DNA of 64,000 bases from Fimicolochytrium jonesii (taxonomy: Eukaryota): the NCBI RefSeq assembly GCF_025526975.1, contig NW_026515677.1, positions 62,001 to 126,000 on the forward strand, written 5' to 3'. Below are positions 27,104 to 38,999 of this stretch, piece by piece. A model generated the notes under the pieces. The model was not told where the DNA came from and searched no databases. It saw nothing but the letters and a program-made list of their open reading frames with translations. How positions within the stretch are numbered: the stretch's first letter is position 1; every line of letters starts with the position of its first letter. The translations under genes were made by a program, and so were the position numbers.

Positions 27104-27410
27104 TGTGATGTGGACTACCTTCCACACGGGTTGTATAACTGATGTTCGTATACAATAACTACTTTCCTGTAAGGTATTGTAGACGGACTGGGTGTTCGTC
27201 GGCTCTGCTATGCGATATGTAGTAGAAGAACTACTTGTTGTGCATAGGAACGCGCGACGAGCACTGTTAAGGTACCCATGAGGTCGGAGTCCACTGGAGA
27301 ACACTGTCTGGAAGGCCTTTCACTGACCTCGGGAACATGTTTCACTTAGACAGCGAGGAATGTTCCGCTGACGTGTCGTTCTCCAATAAGACCGGACACT
27401 CCACATTACA
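27104..27410 (-). repeat. LTR of Gypsy element 1 (307 bp)
   Basis: TG...CA ends with imperfect terminal inverted repeat TGTGATGTGGA / TCCACATTACA; adjacent to PBS. Confidence 0.8.
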
Positions 27411-28167
27411 GTACGGATCTCGGTCCCATCAAGAACTGCCTGGGTCTAGCCTTCGGTTACCAGCTCTCGCCGTCAGGGAACCAACTCAGAATCAGCAATG
27501 TTACCTATATCCACGGTTTACTCGAACAGTTTGGACAACAAAACGCTACCCCGGTCTCTACGCCGTGCGCTGTCTCGGCGCATACAAGACCTGCCTCCGC
27601 AAGTCCCCCTTTTCCTAACAAGCTTCTCTACCAGGAAGCAGTGGGGGCCCTCACGTGGGCATCCATTACCTGGCGCTGGGATATTTCAACTGCCATCGGC
27701 TTCGTTGCACGTCAGGTCTCAGCTCCTACCCAAGCCGACTGGAATGATGTACTTTGCATCATGCGCTACCTTAAAGGTACCCGCACCTTCGAGCTTACAT
27801 ACAAGTCCGGTCATCCAGATCAAGCTGGACTTCGCGTCTATACAGACGCATCCTACGCAGACGCTGTCAACGACCGCAAATCCACCGCGGGCATCGCCAC
27901 CTTCTTCAACGGCCAGCTTATCTACTGGAAAAGCACCAAGCAGAAGTGCGTAGCTCTCAGCTCCACGGAAGCTGAGTATATTGCCGCAGCCCTCGGTTAC
28001 AACGAGCTCTACTGGCTCCGCACGATCATCGCGGAGGTCTTTGGCGACGAATACGGCAACATCAAGGACCCCACGCCAATCCACATCGACAATCAGAGCG
28101 CCCGCGAGATTGCCAACTCCACGGCTATTACTCAATGCTCCAAACACATTGAGTACGCTACCACAAG

Positions 28168-29049
28168 CTACGCGACGGCGTGGCGAAGAAGGACGTCATA
28201 CTCCTCGACACCGCGACACAGGAACAACTGGCTGACTACTTCACGAAGCCATTTCCTCCTGAGACACATATGAAATTTATTCAAGCAATTCAGGAAGGAT
28301 GTGTCGCTTGCAATAGACAGCCGGCGACAACTCGGTCTGAATAAGACATATGGAACACCCATACCGGGACGGCTTCTGGGCACTATATATGACTTTGGCA
28401 CCTTAACCCGCCACCGTAATAGCCGCCGTTGCCCCGGCATTGGGGGATCCACCGGCTCCAGCTCCGCCTCCACCAGGCGGACCCCCTGGACCACCTTTCC
28501 ATCACCGTCGTCATCATCACTCGAAGACGAATCATCCATGTGCTTTCGCAAGTACTGGAGTCGCTTCATCAACTTGTCTTGCTCCCGTCTCTCGGCCGCA
28601 TCACTGCGGCGCTTCGCCTCTTTCATCTTTTCCTTTGATATGCCCCCTTTTCCTTTGTACCGCGACTCCGAGACTGCCTTACACCCAAGGTAGTCTGCTT
28701 CCTCCATCAATGCCTCTAACGACCCCTTTTTTCGCTTTGATCGCTGCAGCCTCGCATGAGTAGACGCCAGGTGTTCCGCAAGGTTCTCATGGTTATCCTT
28801 CCGATACCAAAACGTCGCCACCTCCATCGCCAGTCGAAGAGCTTCTCTTACTCGGGATTTTGACATCAAAGAGTTGCTTGCAGTTGCGGCGGACGATGCG
28901 CGCGTAGAGCGCGTAGTCGGTCGTGAGGGTCCCGGCGGAGGTACAGCTGGAGGGGCTGCTGGCGTCCCCGACTTACGGGCCGTTTGCTTCTTCTTGCCGT
29001 CGCCGCTCTTCTTTCCATTCCCGCCGTTCTTGCCTCCCTTTGCCATCAT
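28168..29049 (-). CDS. Antisense accessory ORF of Copia family A (293 aa) with histone H3-tail-like KQTARKS motif
   Basis: Uninterrupted ORF between the pol end and the PPT. Basic N-terminus MMAKGGKNGGNGKKSGDGKKKQTARKSG, helical middle, acidic SSSSDDDD patch. Confidence 0.6.
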   Translation of the reverse strand: MMAKGGKNGGNGKKSGDGKKKQTARKSGTPAAPPAVPPPGPSRPTTRSTRASSAATASNSLMSKSRVREALRLAMEVATFWYRKDNHENLAEHLASTHARLQRSKRKKGSLEALMEEADYLGCKAVSESRYKGKGGISKEKMKEAKRRSDAAERREQDKLMKRLQYLRKHMDDSSSSDDDDGDGKVVQGVRLVEAELEPVDPPMPGQRRLLRWRVKVPKSYIVPRSRPGMGVPYVLFRPSCRRLSIASDTSFLNCLNKFHMCLRRKWLREVVSQLFLCRGVEEYDVLLRHAVA

Positions 29050-29300
29050 TTCGCGTATCAAGTGGTAGTCTGGGATACGGTGGTTGAGTATGGGTCTTAC
29101 CTCTCTGGAGCGACTGACAGCTGTCTCTTGTTTTATACTCGCGGCGTTTCCCTCTTCTTTCATTTCTTTCTTTCATTTCCTTTCATTTTGGTCATAGCTA
29201 TTCACCCGACGTCCGCCCGCTTTTCGCGTACGGCCGCACCATTGTACTCATTGCTTAGATTTATCTTTCACTTAGATAGACTCGTGAGTTTGAGTGGGGG

Positions 29301-29535
29301 TGTTGGAGGTATCATCCTCCCGAGTCCCTGGTTAGGGTTCCCGTAGGTTATTTCCCCACGTGACTTCCCTCCTGCTTACGCCACGCTTCCGCGTATGGGA
29401 CTTCACTCTTTTCTTCCCCTTCGGACTTCGCGTCCTCTTTCTACTCGAGACTTCAATACATACTTCACAGTATTACATCTCACACAACATAGAGTTCGCT
29501 CAGTCATCTGCTTCCTCTGCCGACTACTGCTTAGT
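29301..29535 (+). repeat. 3' LTR of Copia family A (235 bp, TG...GT)
   Basis: Follows the PPT; homologous to solo LTRs at 45751, 47134 and 48050, which define its ends. Confidence 0.88.
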
Positions 29536-32500
29536 GCGTCCACCTCCCTCGTCGCGATATCCGACCTGCTCTCAAACGGCTGCCGGTGTCCCGCCACCTA
29601 TCCATCCACCACCGATACGCCAGGGTTGTGCTCCTCCCCGAGCTCCTCCGACACCCTGGGTCCGCTTTCAAGACCAAGATTCACCAACCCCGATCGACAT
29701 TGACAACCCGGTTGCCGCGCGTCTGCCTGTTCCCACGGTGCAGCATACTCAACAACCCTTGCTCCCGGTGCGTCCCCCTACACCTCTGGTGAAGCGTGCC
29801 GCCAATTCAATATCCCCGCTCCCAAAAACTGCATCTCCGGACCCGCCTCCGTTGTCCCCTTGGTCTCCAAGTCCGGATCCCAAGACTGGAGATGATGAAA
29901 GCCGAGTGCCCAGCCAGATCCGAGCGCTGTACATCGTTCGACATTGTCACTTTCCTCAACACAACCGAAGTCAAGGGCTTGAGTCTCGCGGATTTACGCC
30001 AATGGAGTCCTGCCTCACGAGAACGCCTGCGCGACTCTATGAAGCTGGTCAATAAGACTTGCACGCTGCTCTGTGCATTTGAGAACCCCTCCTTTCTGCT
30101 CGGCATCCCGATGCTGAGGTCCCGGATGACAACAATTCATTGAACTCTCGGATCCAGTACCACATGAAAGCTCTTTCGAAAATTGATCTCTCTTGTATGA
30201 GTATGCACTTGCTCAACACACAATTTCAAGGCATCCCCACCAAATGTCTCTTCGACGGTGGCTATTGCCTCATCGCCATCAGTTCCGTTATGTGCAAGAA
30301 CTACTGTTGGGCCCTCTCCAAGCCAGTGCCCACCTTTCGTTTGCGGAAGGTTGATGGCACCTCCCCGTCCATCGAGGGTGAAGTCCACAACTTGGTCGTC
30401 CCTATTGCCGGTCATCAGGTTCCCATGAACGTACTCTCCATCGACCACATGGATGCCGACTGTCTCCTTGGACGCCCCTTTCTTGTGATGGTCAACGCTT
30501 TGACCAATTGGAAGAACTCCCTATACTCCATGCGCATCCATTCCACCTGGTTGATCGTCCAAGGCAGTACTGGGGATGCCCGCAAAGCCCGCCATCTTAC
30601 CACTGACGAAGATAGCGAATGGGAAACCCACGGACGCGCCCCTATCGTCAATGATCCACCGCCTGCTCCCCGCACCCACTTGCAAACCCGAGACACTAAC
30701 ATCGCATCTTCAGTAGCGGATGGCATGCATGTTGAAATCGATCACAATGACGACCAAACCCTCGCCGACATCCGTAGTGGTGCCATGTTTGGCTTCCTCA
30801 AATGTAAATTCACTCCGCCGCTGGATGCGCCGCGTCTGGATGCCTATCTCGACGCTCGCATGTGGCTTCTGCAGGATTGTGCCCATGCTGGTCTGCCTTC
30901 TGGTCGCTTTGCAAAACAAAACAGGGTGTAAAAGGGTGTTGGAAAAAACGTTCATCAAACGCTTCTTGCGGGTAGAGAGGTCACCACCACAAGTGAATCG
31001 GACCTCTCTTGGCTGACAGGTCTACCGGACATTGGCGGATGGGCCTTGATCGTTCAGTTTGGACGTCACTGCATTATCCTACCACAACGGTGGTATGGGC
31101 TCTGCGCTCGAGATGAAGCCCTTGCATCAAGGCCGCTCTTCACCAGGAACTCACCCGTTGTACATTTGCTGCTCAACGTGCCAAGCAACACATCATATTT
31201 GCCGGTGACTTCAACATCATGCACACCGACGCGGATGTACATCCCTCTTGCCTCTCCTCACCACCGCAGTGACCGACGATGAACGGGCGCATCTAATGAC
31301 TTCGGTCAAACACGGTTTCGTTGACACATGGTGAGCTGCCATTCTCTTGCCAACCCTGGCGCTGGATACACCACTTGGTGGCTTTCCAAGTATGCTTGAG
31401 AACGCAACCTCAGTGTACACCTTGTTTACATCTTCCTGGGTTTACCTCATGGTACCACATATCCCCCTCTGCTCAGATGTGACACCATGCCGGGACTGCA
31501 AGGATCTGACCATGCTCCCCTGTTACTCACCGTAGGCATCCTTGAAGAGGTGACCATCCCCAACTATCATGCTATGATGACTCGCATGCTCGACGCCGAC
31601 ACCGACCCCTTGTATGTGTCATCGATCCCGGAGAAGCGTACCCATCTCGAACGGGTCATTGCTGGGGTGACTATCACCGCTCGCCCTGCACGTTCAGTAC
31701 ATCCAACCCCCATGCAGAAGTTACCAGTTAGAGAGTGTACCTTCCAAGTTGCCACTGATCTCCCTGATGAGTTTGTGGTGGCCCTTACTCATTGTTGTCC
31801 GAGTTTGACCCCAAATTCTGGAACAAGGAAGAGGTACCTCGCACTTTCTTGCGCGTCCCACCGATGTGCCCTGTCCTCAAGCCAGATCCCACTGGCAACC
31901 GAGTACTTTGTCGCTGTCATATGAACCCATTTCAAGATCAATAGTGAAATTCAAGCCATGCAGTACCCGATCTTACCTGCACATTTGGTTCTACAACGCA
32001 TTGCACCATATCGTCACCTCTCAGCTTTCGACTTTTTGCTTGGGATATCACCAGTCGCCTCTTGCCAAATCCACCCGGTGGCTAACCACCATCCTTCTTC
32101 CTTGGGGTATCTACCGGTACAAGGTCGGGTCTATGGGCTTTTGTGACACTGGTGAATGGTTTTCCTTTCAAATTGATGTCATGATTTGCGATGTCAACCA
32201 TCTCAAGGACCATACCTACATGTTCCGTGATGATGCGTATTTGGGCGTGAACAACCTCTTGGATTTGTCCCTCAGTACCATGCACCTTGACCATATTTGC
32301 ACCTTCTTCGGAACAATTTGACATCACTGCTTCAATATCCGAACACAAGTGCTTGTTTGGTGCCGAACGTATTTCCACGTTGGGCAAGGTCACAGGCAAC
32401 GGCCAAGTCGCTACGGCGACCAACAGACTAGATTCCTTCCACGGTTTCTTGGGCTTCATTGCTGACGGTCTACCGGATTACAGTCTCCACATGCAGCCCC

Positions 32501-33005
32501 TCAATAACCTCCTCAAGAAATATTACGCTGATATTCATCGCTTTCGCAAAGTAATGGACTGCCCATCAAACATACGCCCGCGCATTCCAAGACGTGAAGC
32601 AACTTGCCACTGATAGTTTTGTTCTGCACGCTTATGTTCCCAATTGCCCTCTGATCATCATTGGTGACGGATCCGGTATTGGGGCGGGTGTGGTGCTTGC
32701 TCACTGTGCTGATCCTGCTGACAACTACAACGTTACGGCCGCAACAAAATACACACCATGCAAATTCTTCTCTTGCAGCTGGACCAACGGCGAGTTACGG
32801 TATGGTCAACCAGAGCGCAAATTGGCCGCTACAGTGTTCGGACTCGTCAAGGTGGAAATCAACTTGGGATTTGAATTCTACATCGTCACCGATCACCCTC
32901 CATGGGTCAAGTGCCAAAACGCCAAATACCCAATCGTTGTATCCTGAAATGGTGGACTTATATCAGCTCACTCCTCGCTGCTGATTGATGGCCTTGGTAG
33001 GTTTT
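29536..33005 (+). mobile_element. Degenerate Ty3/Gypsy element 2 pol (protease, RT, RNase H)
   Basis: CLFDGG protease-like; RT YHQ..LPWGIYRYKVGSMG..FRDD; RNase H IIGDGSGIGAGVVL..RYGQPERKLAA..IVTDH; many stops and frameshifts. Confidence 0.78.
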
Positions 33006-33167
33006 CCGCTGAATCCCCCTCTGCAGCGTGCAAGCGTGCTTTGGTGTCATCTGTGGGCTTGAGTGCACGTGCAGCAGTGTTGTCAGGTTCTGGGTCAAAT
33101 TCAAAGCTCGCTAAGCTGTAATAGGAGCAAGCTGATGTCTCTTGATCCATATGATCATCATCCAGGC

Positions 33168-36100
33168 TGTTGTAGAACTTCTTTTCATTGACCTGCAGGT
33201 CTCTGGATTTGGTAATGGCGCCCTGATCATTGGGTTCGGGTGACTGGAGCCTCCAGGCTTTGCTGGAAGAGCTATAACCGAGAAAGAGGCACTTCTTGGC
33301 TTTGTTGTCCAGCTTTCCTTGGTTTTTCTTGAGAATCATAGCATAGGCTATGCAACCAAACACTCTGAGATGTAGGAGGACCAGCTTGCGAGCGAAGAAT
33401 GCGTCGTACGGCATCTTGAAGATGTCTAGGGCAACCATAGGGCATCGGTTTGAAATGTGCACGGCTGCGACCAGGGTTTGTCCCCAGTATTCATGTCCAA
33501 GACCAGCCTGGTTGAGTTGGCATTGCGCCATTTTGACTAGAGTTCAATTTATATGCTCCGCTACTCCGTTCCGCTGTGGGGTGTCGGTATCAGCCGCGCT
33601 GGTGCTGGATTCCAGCCTTTCTGAGTGCGAGGGCAAATTGGGTGGATTTGTATTCAAATCCCTGTGTATTGAAGAGGATGTAGTGAAGGGAGGCCGCCCA
33701 GACACTTGACGATCAACCACAGGACGCCTCTTGACCTACAGCGGTCCAGTTAGCTGGAAATCACGCAAACAACACACTATGGCACCCTCCAGCACTGAAA
33801 GTGAATACATGGCACTCACAGACCCCTGTAAAGAACCTGACCGTAAGGATGATGGTGATATGGGAGTGTGGAGTCCTCTATGCCAAACTCCCTCTGCAAA
33901 AATCCTGCTCGGGATCATTATAGTAGGAAGCGACATCTTGAAGAACGTGGATGGAATACTTCTCATCCTGAAGTTCATATTTGGGTACTTCTTGAGGATA
34001 AAAAGAAGCTGCAAGGTGATATGGGCGCCAAGTGTCGAGTTTAGTGGGAGACTTGCAATCACAGAACGAGTGTCCAGATTGACCACATCGATAGCAGCCG
34101 CGGCGCTCGGGATGACCAGATGGTAGCGAAGGCGGACACTGATTGGCATTGGTAGCAGCCTTCACTTGGAGATTTTGCATACGATTGGTCAGATCGCTGA
34201 CCACGCTGGCAGACACAGGTGCCGGTGGTGTTGGTGCGGGCACGGCAGCGGGGGTGGGCCGGAAGCATCGCAGTCAGGTATCGAGGCGAAGGGGCAGAGT
34301 TCGTTGTTTGTTGGGGAATATACGCCGGCGCTGCAGGTCGTGACAGCGGCGGACGACGGTCCTTCGGAGCAGAGTAAGTTCCATCGCCCTTGGAATAGTC
34401 GGCACACAAGCGGACAAGTTCTTCAATGTTGAATTGATTGAAGTCGGGGAGACCAAGAACCAATGCTCAGGTAGAAGCAGTGCCCAAACCGCAGATGAAC
34501 ACATGACTGATTTGTGAGCAAGTCAGTTCTGTGGCAACAGTGGCGATATGCATGTTGAGGTATTCAAGTTTCTATACCAAGGATTTGTGAGCAAGTCAGT
34601 TCTGTGGCAACAGTGGCGATATGCATGCTGAGGTATTCAAGTTTCTATACCAAGGATAGGAATGAGCTGCCTTACTGTTGGACAGTTTTGCCTTCGGTGC
34701 GGTGGAATGCTTGTAGCCCCTCGGCAACACGGGACGGGTCACGATCTTGAGCTTTGGTGCATTTGAGGACCATGTCCATGCGGACGTGAGTCCAATATTC
34801 GTCTTCTTTATACAAGGTGTACCAGGTCCAGGTAAGGTGATCATTTTTGTCGATGGCCTTGGACCACCACTGGTAACGATCCTTTTCTTGCACACCACAG
34901 AATGCTGCAACCTTGTTAAATGTGCGCAACCATTGGAGAATGCGGCAATTGTCTTGATTGTCCTTGGTGCTGTCGTATTTTGGAAGGCCTTTAACAACAA
35001 CCATAGAAACACTGGCGGGAGCAGATATGTTGCTCTAGCGCTGCATTTGTTCGAGGGTGGGGTAGGTGAGGGCCACCATATCTTGCGGGGATGGATTATC
35101 ATCATTGAAGGGATGACCGTGCAGATGGGCTCGAGCAGGGGTGGCACCGGCAGACGGTCGAGGGTAACTACTACCGATGAGACGCTGAACACCAGACAAT
35201 CCTGGTGCTGATTGAGCATGGCAATGGTGACCAGGACCGGCATGATAACAGTCACGGCTATCGCGCCAAGCGGTGGCAATGTGGATAGTGTCTGCTAACT
35301 CTCGGAGCGCAAACTGGGAATGGTTAGCATCAATGGCATACTGGAGCGCGGTAAGGTAAACATGCTCCAAAGTCCCCGGGGCCAAAGCCTCACAAACAGT
35401 TTTGTGGTTGATCCCCATGTGGATGCAAAACCTCAGCAATCCGTACAGGACTTCAGCATCAATGTGCAATGTACAGCCATACAACCCCATCTGAACACTG
35501 TTGTAGTCAAGACGAGAAGCCGGAATACAGCTATTGATGAGTGCGAGAGCGTGGTCCGAGGCGCAGGTGCAAGCAGAATGGCTATCGCTACCCACATTAC
35601 TACTGAAGGTCTCATCGAATTCGCTAACGCTGTGGGTTTGATCACGCCAAGCGTTGTTGGTTTCAAGAAAAGTGCTATTCAAGGCCAAAGTGGATATGAT
35701 AGGTCGCTTGTTTGTGGGAAAATCAATGGTACGCAATCAGGTAGGTACAGGGAAGAAGATGGATTCAAGGCCGGGTGATGATGGTAGACATGGGTGTATC
35801 TTGGCTGTCGCGAGTGCCCAAATGCAGGCTGCGCCATCAAGCGATCGGCTTTGGGAATGTTGTAGGTTGGAAGAATGTGGATTTGAAGGCGGTAGGTGCA
35901 ATCAAGGATGTAGAATTCGATGGTGTTGGCAGATTTCTTGTTGGATGGTTGTTTGTTGTTCAGATGGATGGATGGATGGATTGAACAAGCCGCGAGTGCA
36001 GCGAGCAACGGTTTGAGTACAAGAAGAAAAACTACAACAAAGTCAAATGACTGAGAGAACACTACAACTCATAAGAAAGTACCCAGCTACTGACCATACC

Positions 36101-36211
36101 ACATAGTGATGGTCTAGAACGCTCTCTGGGCACTCCGCGGACTTGGCAGAGGCTTGTGGGACTCCTATAAAAGGCAGACATGTTGCCATCCCCTCGCTTC
36201 ACTTCTTCCTC
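33168..36211 (-). repeat. Left arm of ~3-kb inverted repeat (chimeric Copia integrase/RNase H pieces + Gypsy gag + LTR piece)
   Basis: Mirror ORFs with coordinate sum 75002 (e.g. 33731..34126 vs 40876..41271; 34596..35279 vs 39723..40406). Confidence 0.95.
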
Positions 36212-38797
36212 ATCAATACACATGTTTCTCTCGCACCACTCTTCCTACAGTACTCTCCTCTACATCACAACACTGTCCTCTCGGTCCCCACGTCTCTCAG
36301 TCATCGCCGAATTAGTCTTAGTCTTAGCCTATATCAGCTATGGTTCCAATAGGTTATGAGCCCTGAGCTTTATTCTCACTCACTCTGTCTTCGCCAATCC
36401 TATTCAAGATGTTCCCAACCCCCTACGGTCGGTACTTACGCCCGATCCTCATATATCCCTCCAAAATCACCAATTTTCGGCCGAAAATATCCCAAAGTGC
36501 TCAGCTCGACGAGATACGCACTACTTGACCCCCAAAAACGTGCCCACCGATACACCACCATCAGAACGCGTCCACACACTCAAAACAGATAAATCTAGCT
36601 CGAACACACGATGGCTGGAGACTCAGAGACTTCAATGCTCATGGTGAACAAGTTCATGGGGGAGAACTACCATCCATGGAAGTTTAGTATGATGATGATG
36701 TCAAAGGCAAAGGGACTTTGGGTGGCAGTGGAGGCTGGGACAAAGCAGAACGAGGGAAGCGCTGATACAGCGAGACACGCCAAAAGGGGAGGGGTCTGAA
36801 GGGGAGGAGGAGGAATCGATGGAGAAGAAGGACAAAAGAGCTTTGTCATACATCTACCTAAGTCTGAATGACACCCAACTTATGCACATGCATAGAGCTC
36901 AGACAGCTTGGGAAGCCTGGTCTAAGCTAGCTGAGGTGCACGAACAAAAAGGACTCGCCAGCAAGCTCTTCCTACATCGAAAGTTCCACAGACCACATCA
37001 ACAAAGTTGGACAGCTAGCACAACAGCTGGAGGCTATCGGCGCACCAGTACCCGACACCTGGATATACAGCTTGCCAACCAGCTACGAACAAGTCATTAC
37101 GAGCCTCGAAAGCAGGGTGCACCGGTGCCCAAAGACAATATCATGGCAGCCTTAATATACAGCTTACCGACCAGCTACAAACAAGTCATTATGAGCCTGG
37201 AAAGCAGGGCAGATGACTTACACATGGAGTTCTTGACGGCAAGGCTTCTGAATGAAAAAGCTAGGCGCAAAGAGAACTCAAAACCAGTCAGATCGACTGA
37301 AAACGCCTTCGTTGGGGTTGGGGGACACCAGCAGGAGACTGGGGGTTCAGCCAGGTTTGTCAGGAAGAAGGGGAATTGCATTGTGGCTTTGAAGGGCATT
37401 GGAGGAACAAATGCAAGAAGCTCAAACGAGAGCTACCTCAAGCCAACAATGGGTATGAAGCTGAACCACACCAGGCTAGACAGGGAACCAGGTTCCTCTT
37501 CATGGCAGCTATGAAAGGCACTGAAGTCAGCCCAGAGTGCTGTTTTATCGACTCAGGGGCCTCCTCACACCTGACACACATCAAGGAATGGCTCCAGGAC
37601 TACAAGACGCTGAAAACCGGGATCCAGATCCAGTTAGCTGACAACCGGTCAGTCCTAGCCATCAGAACAGGCTCCATCTCGATCAGAACACACGGGGAGC
37701 ACGCTGGCACCCTTTGAAACGTCTGGATTGTTCCCAACTCGAGAAGAACCTCATCTCAGTAGCCCAGCTGACTCAGACCAGAGCACTAGTGGAGTCCTTG
37801 AGTGCAGGATGCACAATCAAGACCAGAAATGATGCTCCCACCTGCAGAGCCCTCAAAAAGAATGGTCTCTACACCATGAAGGCCCAGGCTATCCCTGAAC
37901 ACGCCTACTTGGCAGGAGCACCTCTTAGAACACCCTTTCATATCTGGCATCAGAGACTCGGTCATCTGAATGCCCAAGACGTCCAGAAGCTCACCAACAG
38001 CTACCAACGCGACATCAGAGCCACCGGACACCCTGATGGTCACGTCTGCAAAGTCTGCACGCTCTCCAAGCAGTCCAGAGCTCCCTTCCCGAAGAAACAT
38101 ACTACCCAAGCCACAAATGTCCTGGCACTCGTCCACACTGACCTCTGTCGCCCCATGAGGATGTCTACCTTTGGGGTATGTACCTACTTCGCATCATTCA
38201 TTGATGACAAGTCCAGAATCGTTTGGGTCAAGCTCCTACACAAGAAAAGCGATACCTTTGATGCATGGGAGGAACACAAGGATCTTATGGAGAAACAGAC
38301 TGAGAAATACATTAAAGTCCTCAGATCGGACAAAGGAGGCGAATACGAATCCATCCAATTCACCCTCGCACTCAGAAAGGCTGGAATCCAATGTCAGCGC
38401 GCTGCTACCGACACCCCACAGCAGAGTAGCGGACCGTATGAATCGAACTCTAGTCGAAATGGCGCAATGCCAACTCAACCAGGCTGGTCTTGGACATGAA
38501 TACTGGGGACAAGCCCTGGTCGCAGCCGTGCACATTTCAAACCGATGCCCTACGGTTGCCCTAGACATCTTCAAGATGCCGTACGACGCATTCTTCGCTC
38601 GCAAGCCGGTCCTCCTTCATCTCAGAGTGTTTGGTTGCATAGCCCATGTGATGTTTCTCAAGAAAAACCGAGGCAAGCTGGACAACAAAGCCAAGAAGTG
38701 CCCCTTCCTTGGCTACAGCTCCTCCAGCAAAGCCTGGAGCCTCCAAGCACTCAAACCCAACCACCAAGGTACCATTATCAAACCCAGAGATGTCCCA
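36110..38797 (+). mobile_element. Ty1/Copia family B copy 1: partial 5' LTR, PBS, degenerate gag-protease-integrase
   Basis: LTR end TTCCAATA then PBS GGTTATGAGCCCTGAGC (36352-36368); gag MAGDSET; FIDSGASSH; IWHQRLGH; CKVC; VHTDLC; LRSDKGGEY; HLRVFGC. Confidence 0.9.
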
Positions 38798-38999
38798 GAG
38801 GAAGAAGTGAAGCGAGGGGATGGCAACATGTCTGCCTTTTATAGGAGTCCCACAAGCCTCCGCCAAGTCCGCGGAGTGCCCAGAGAGCGTTCTAGACCAT
38901 CACTATGTGGTATGGTCAGTAGCTGGGTACTTTCTTATGAGTTGTAGTGTTTTCCCAGTCATTTGACTTTGTTGTAGTTTTTCTTCATGTACTCAAACC

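Larger units (their letters stand above)
24404..27410 (-). mobile_element. Ty3/Gypsy element 1: 5' LTR, PBS, ~1.1-kb leader, frameshifted gag and protease; 3' part missing
   Basis: CCHC knuckle CFDCGVMGHRAQDC (24841-25164 ORF); protease ILIDTGCT (24404-24874 ORF); gag start near 25996. Confidence 0.8.
27411..29535 (+). mobile_element. Ty1/Copia family A, 3' portion (RT C-terminus, RNase H, antisense ORF, PPT, 3' LTR)
   Basis: YTDASYA, RKSTAG, WKSTKQKCVALSSTEAEY, frameshifted HIE/VRYH, QLADYFTKP; pol stop about 28344; PPT GAGTGGGGG 29292-29300. Confidence 0.88.
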
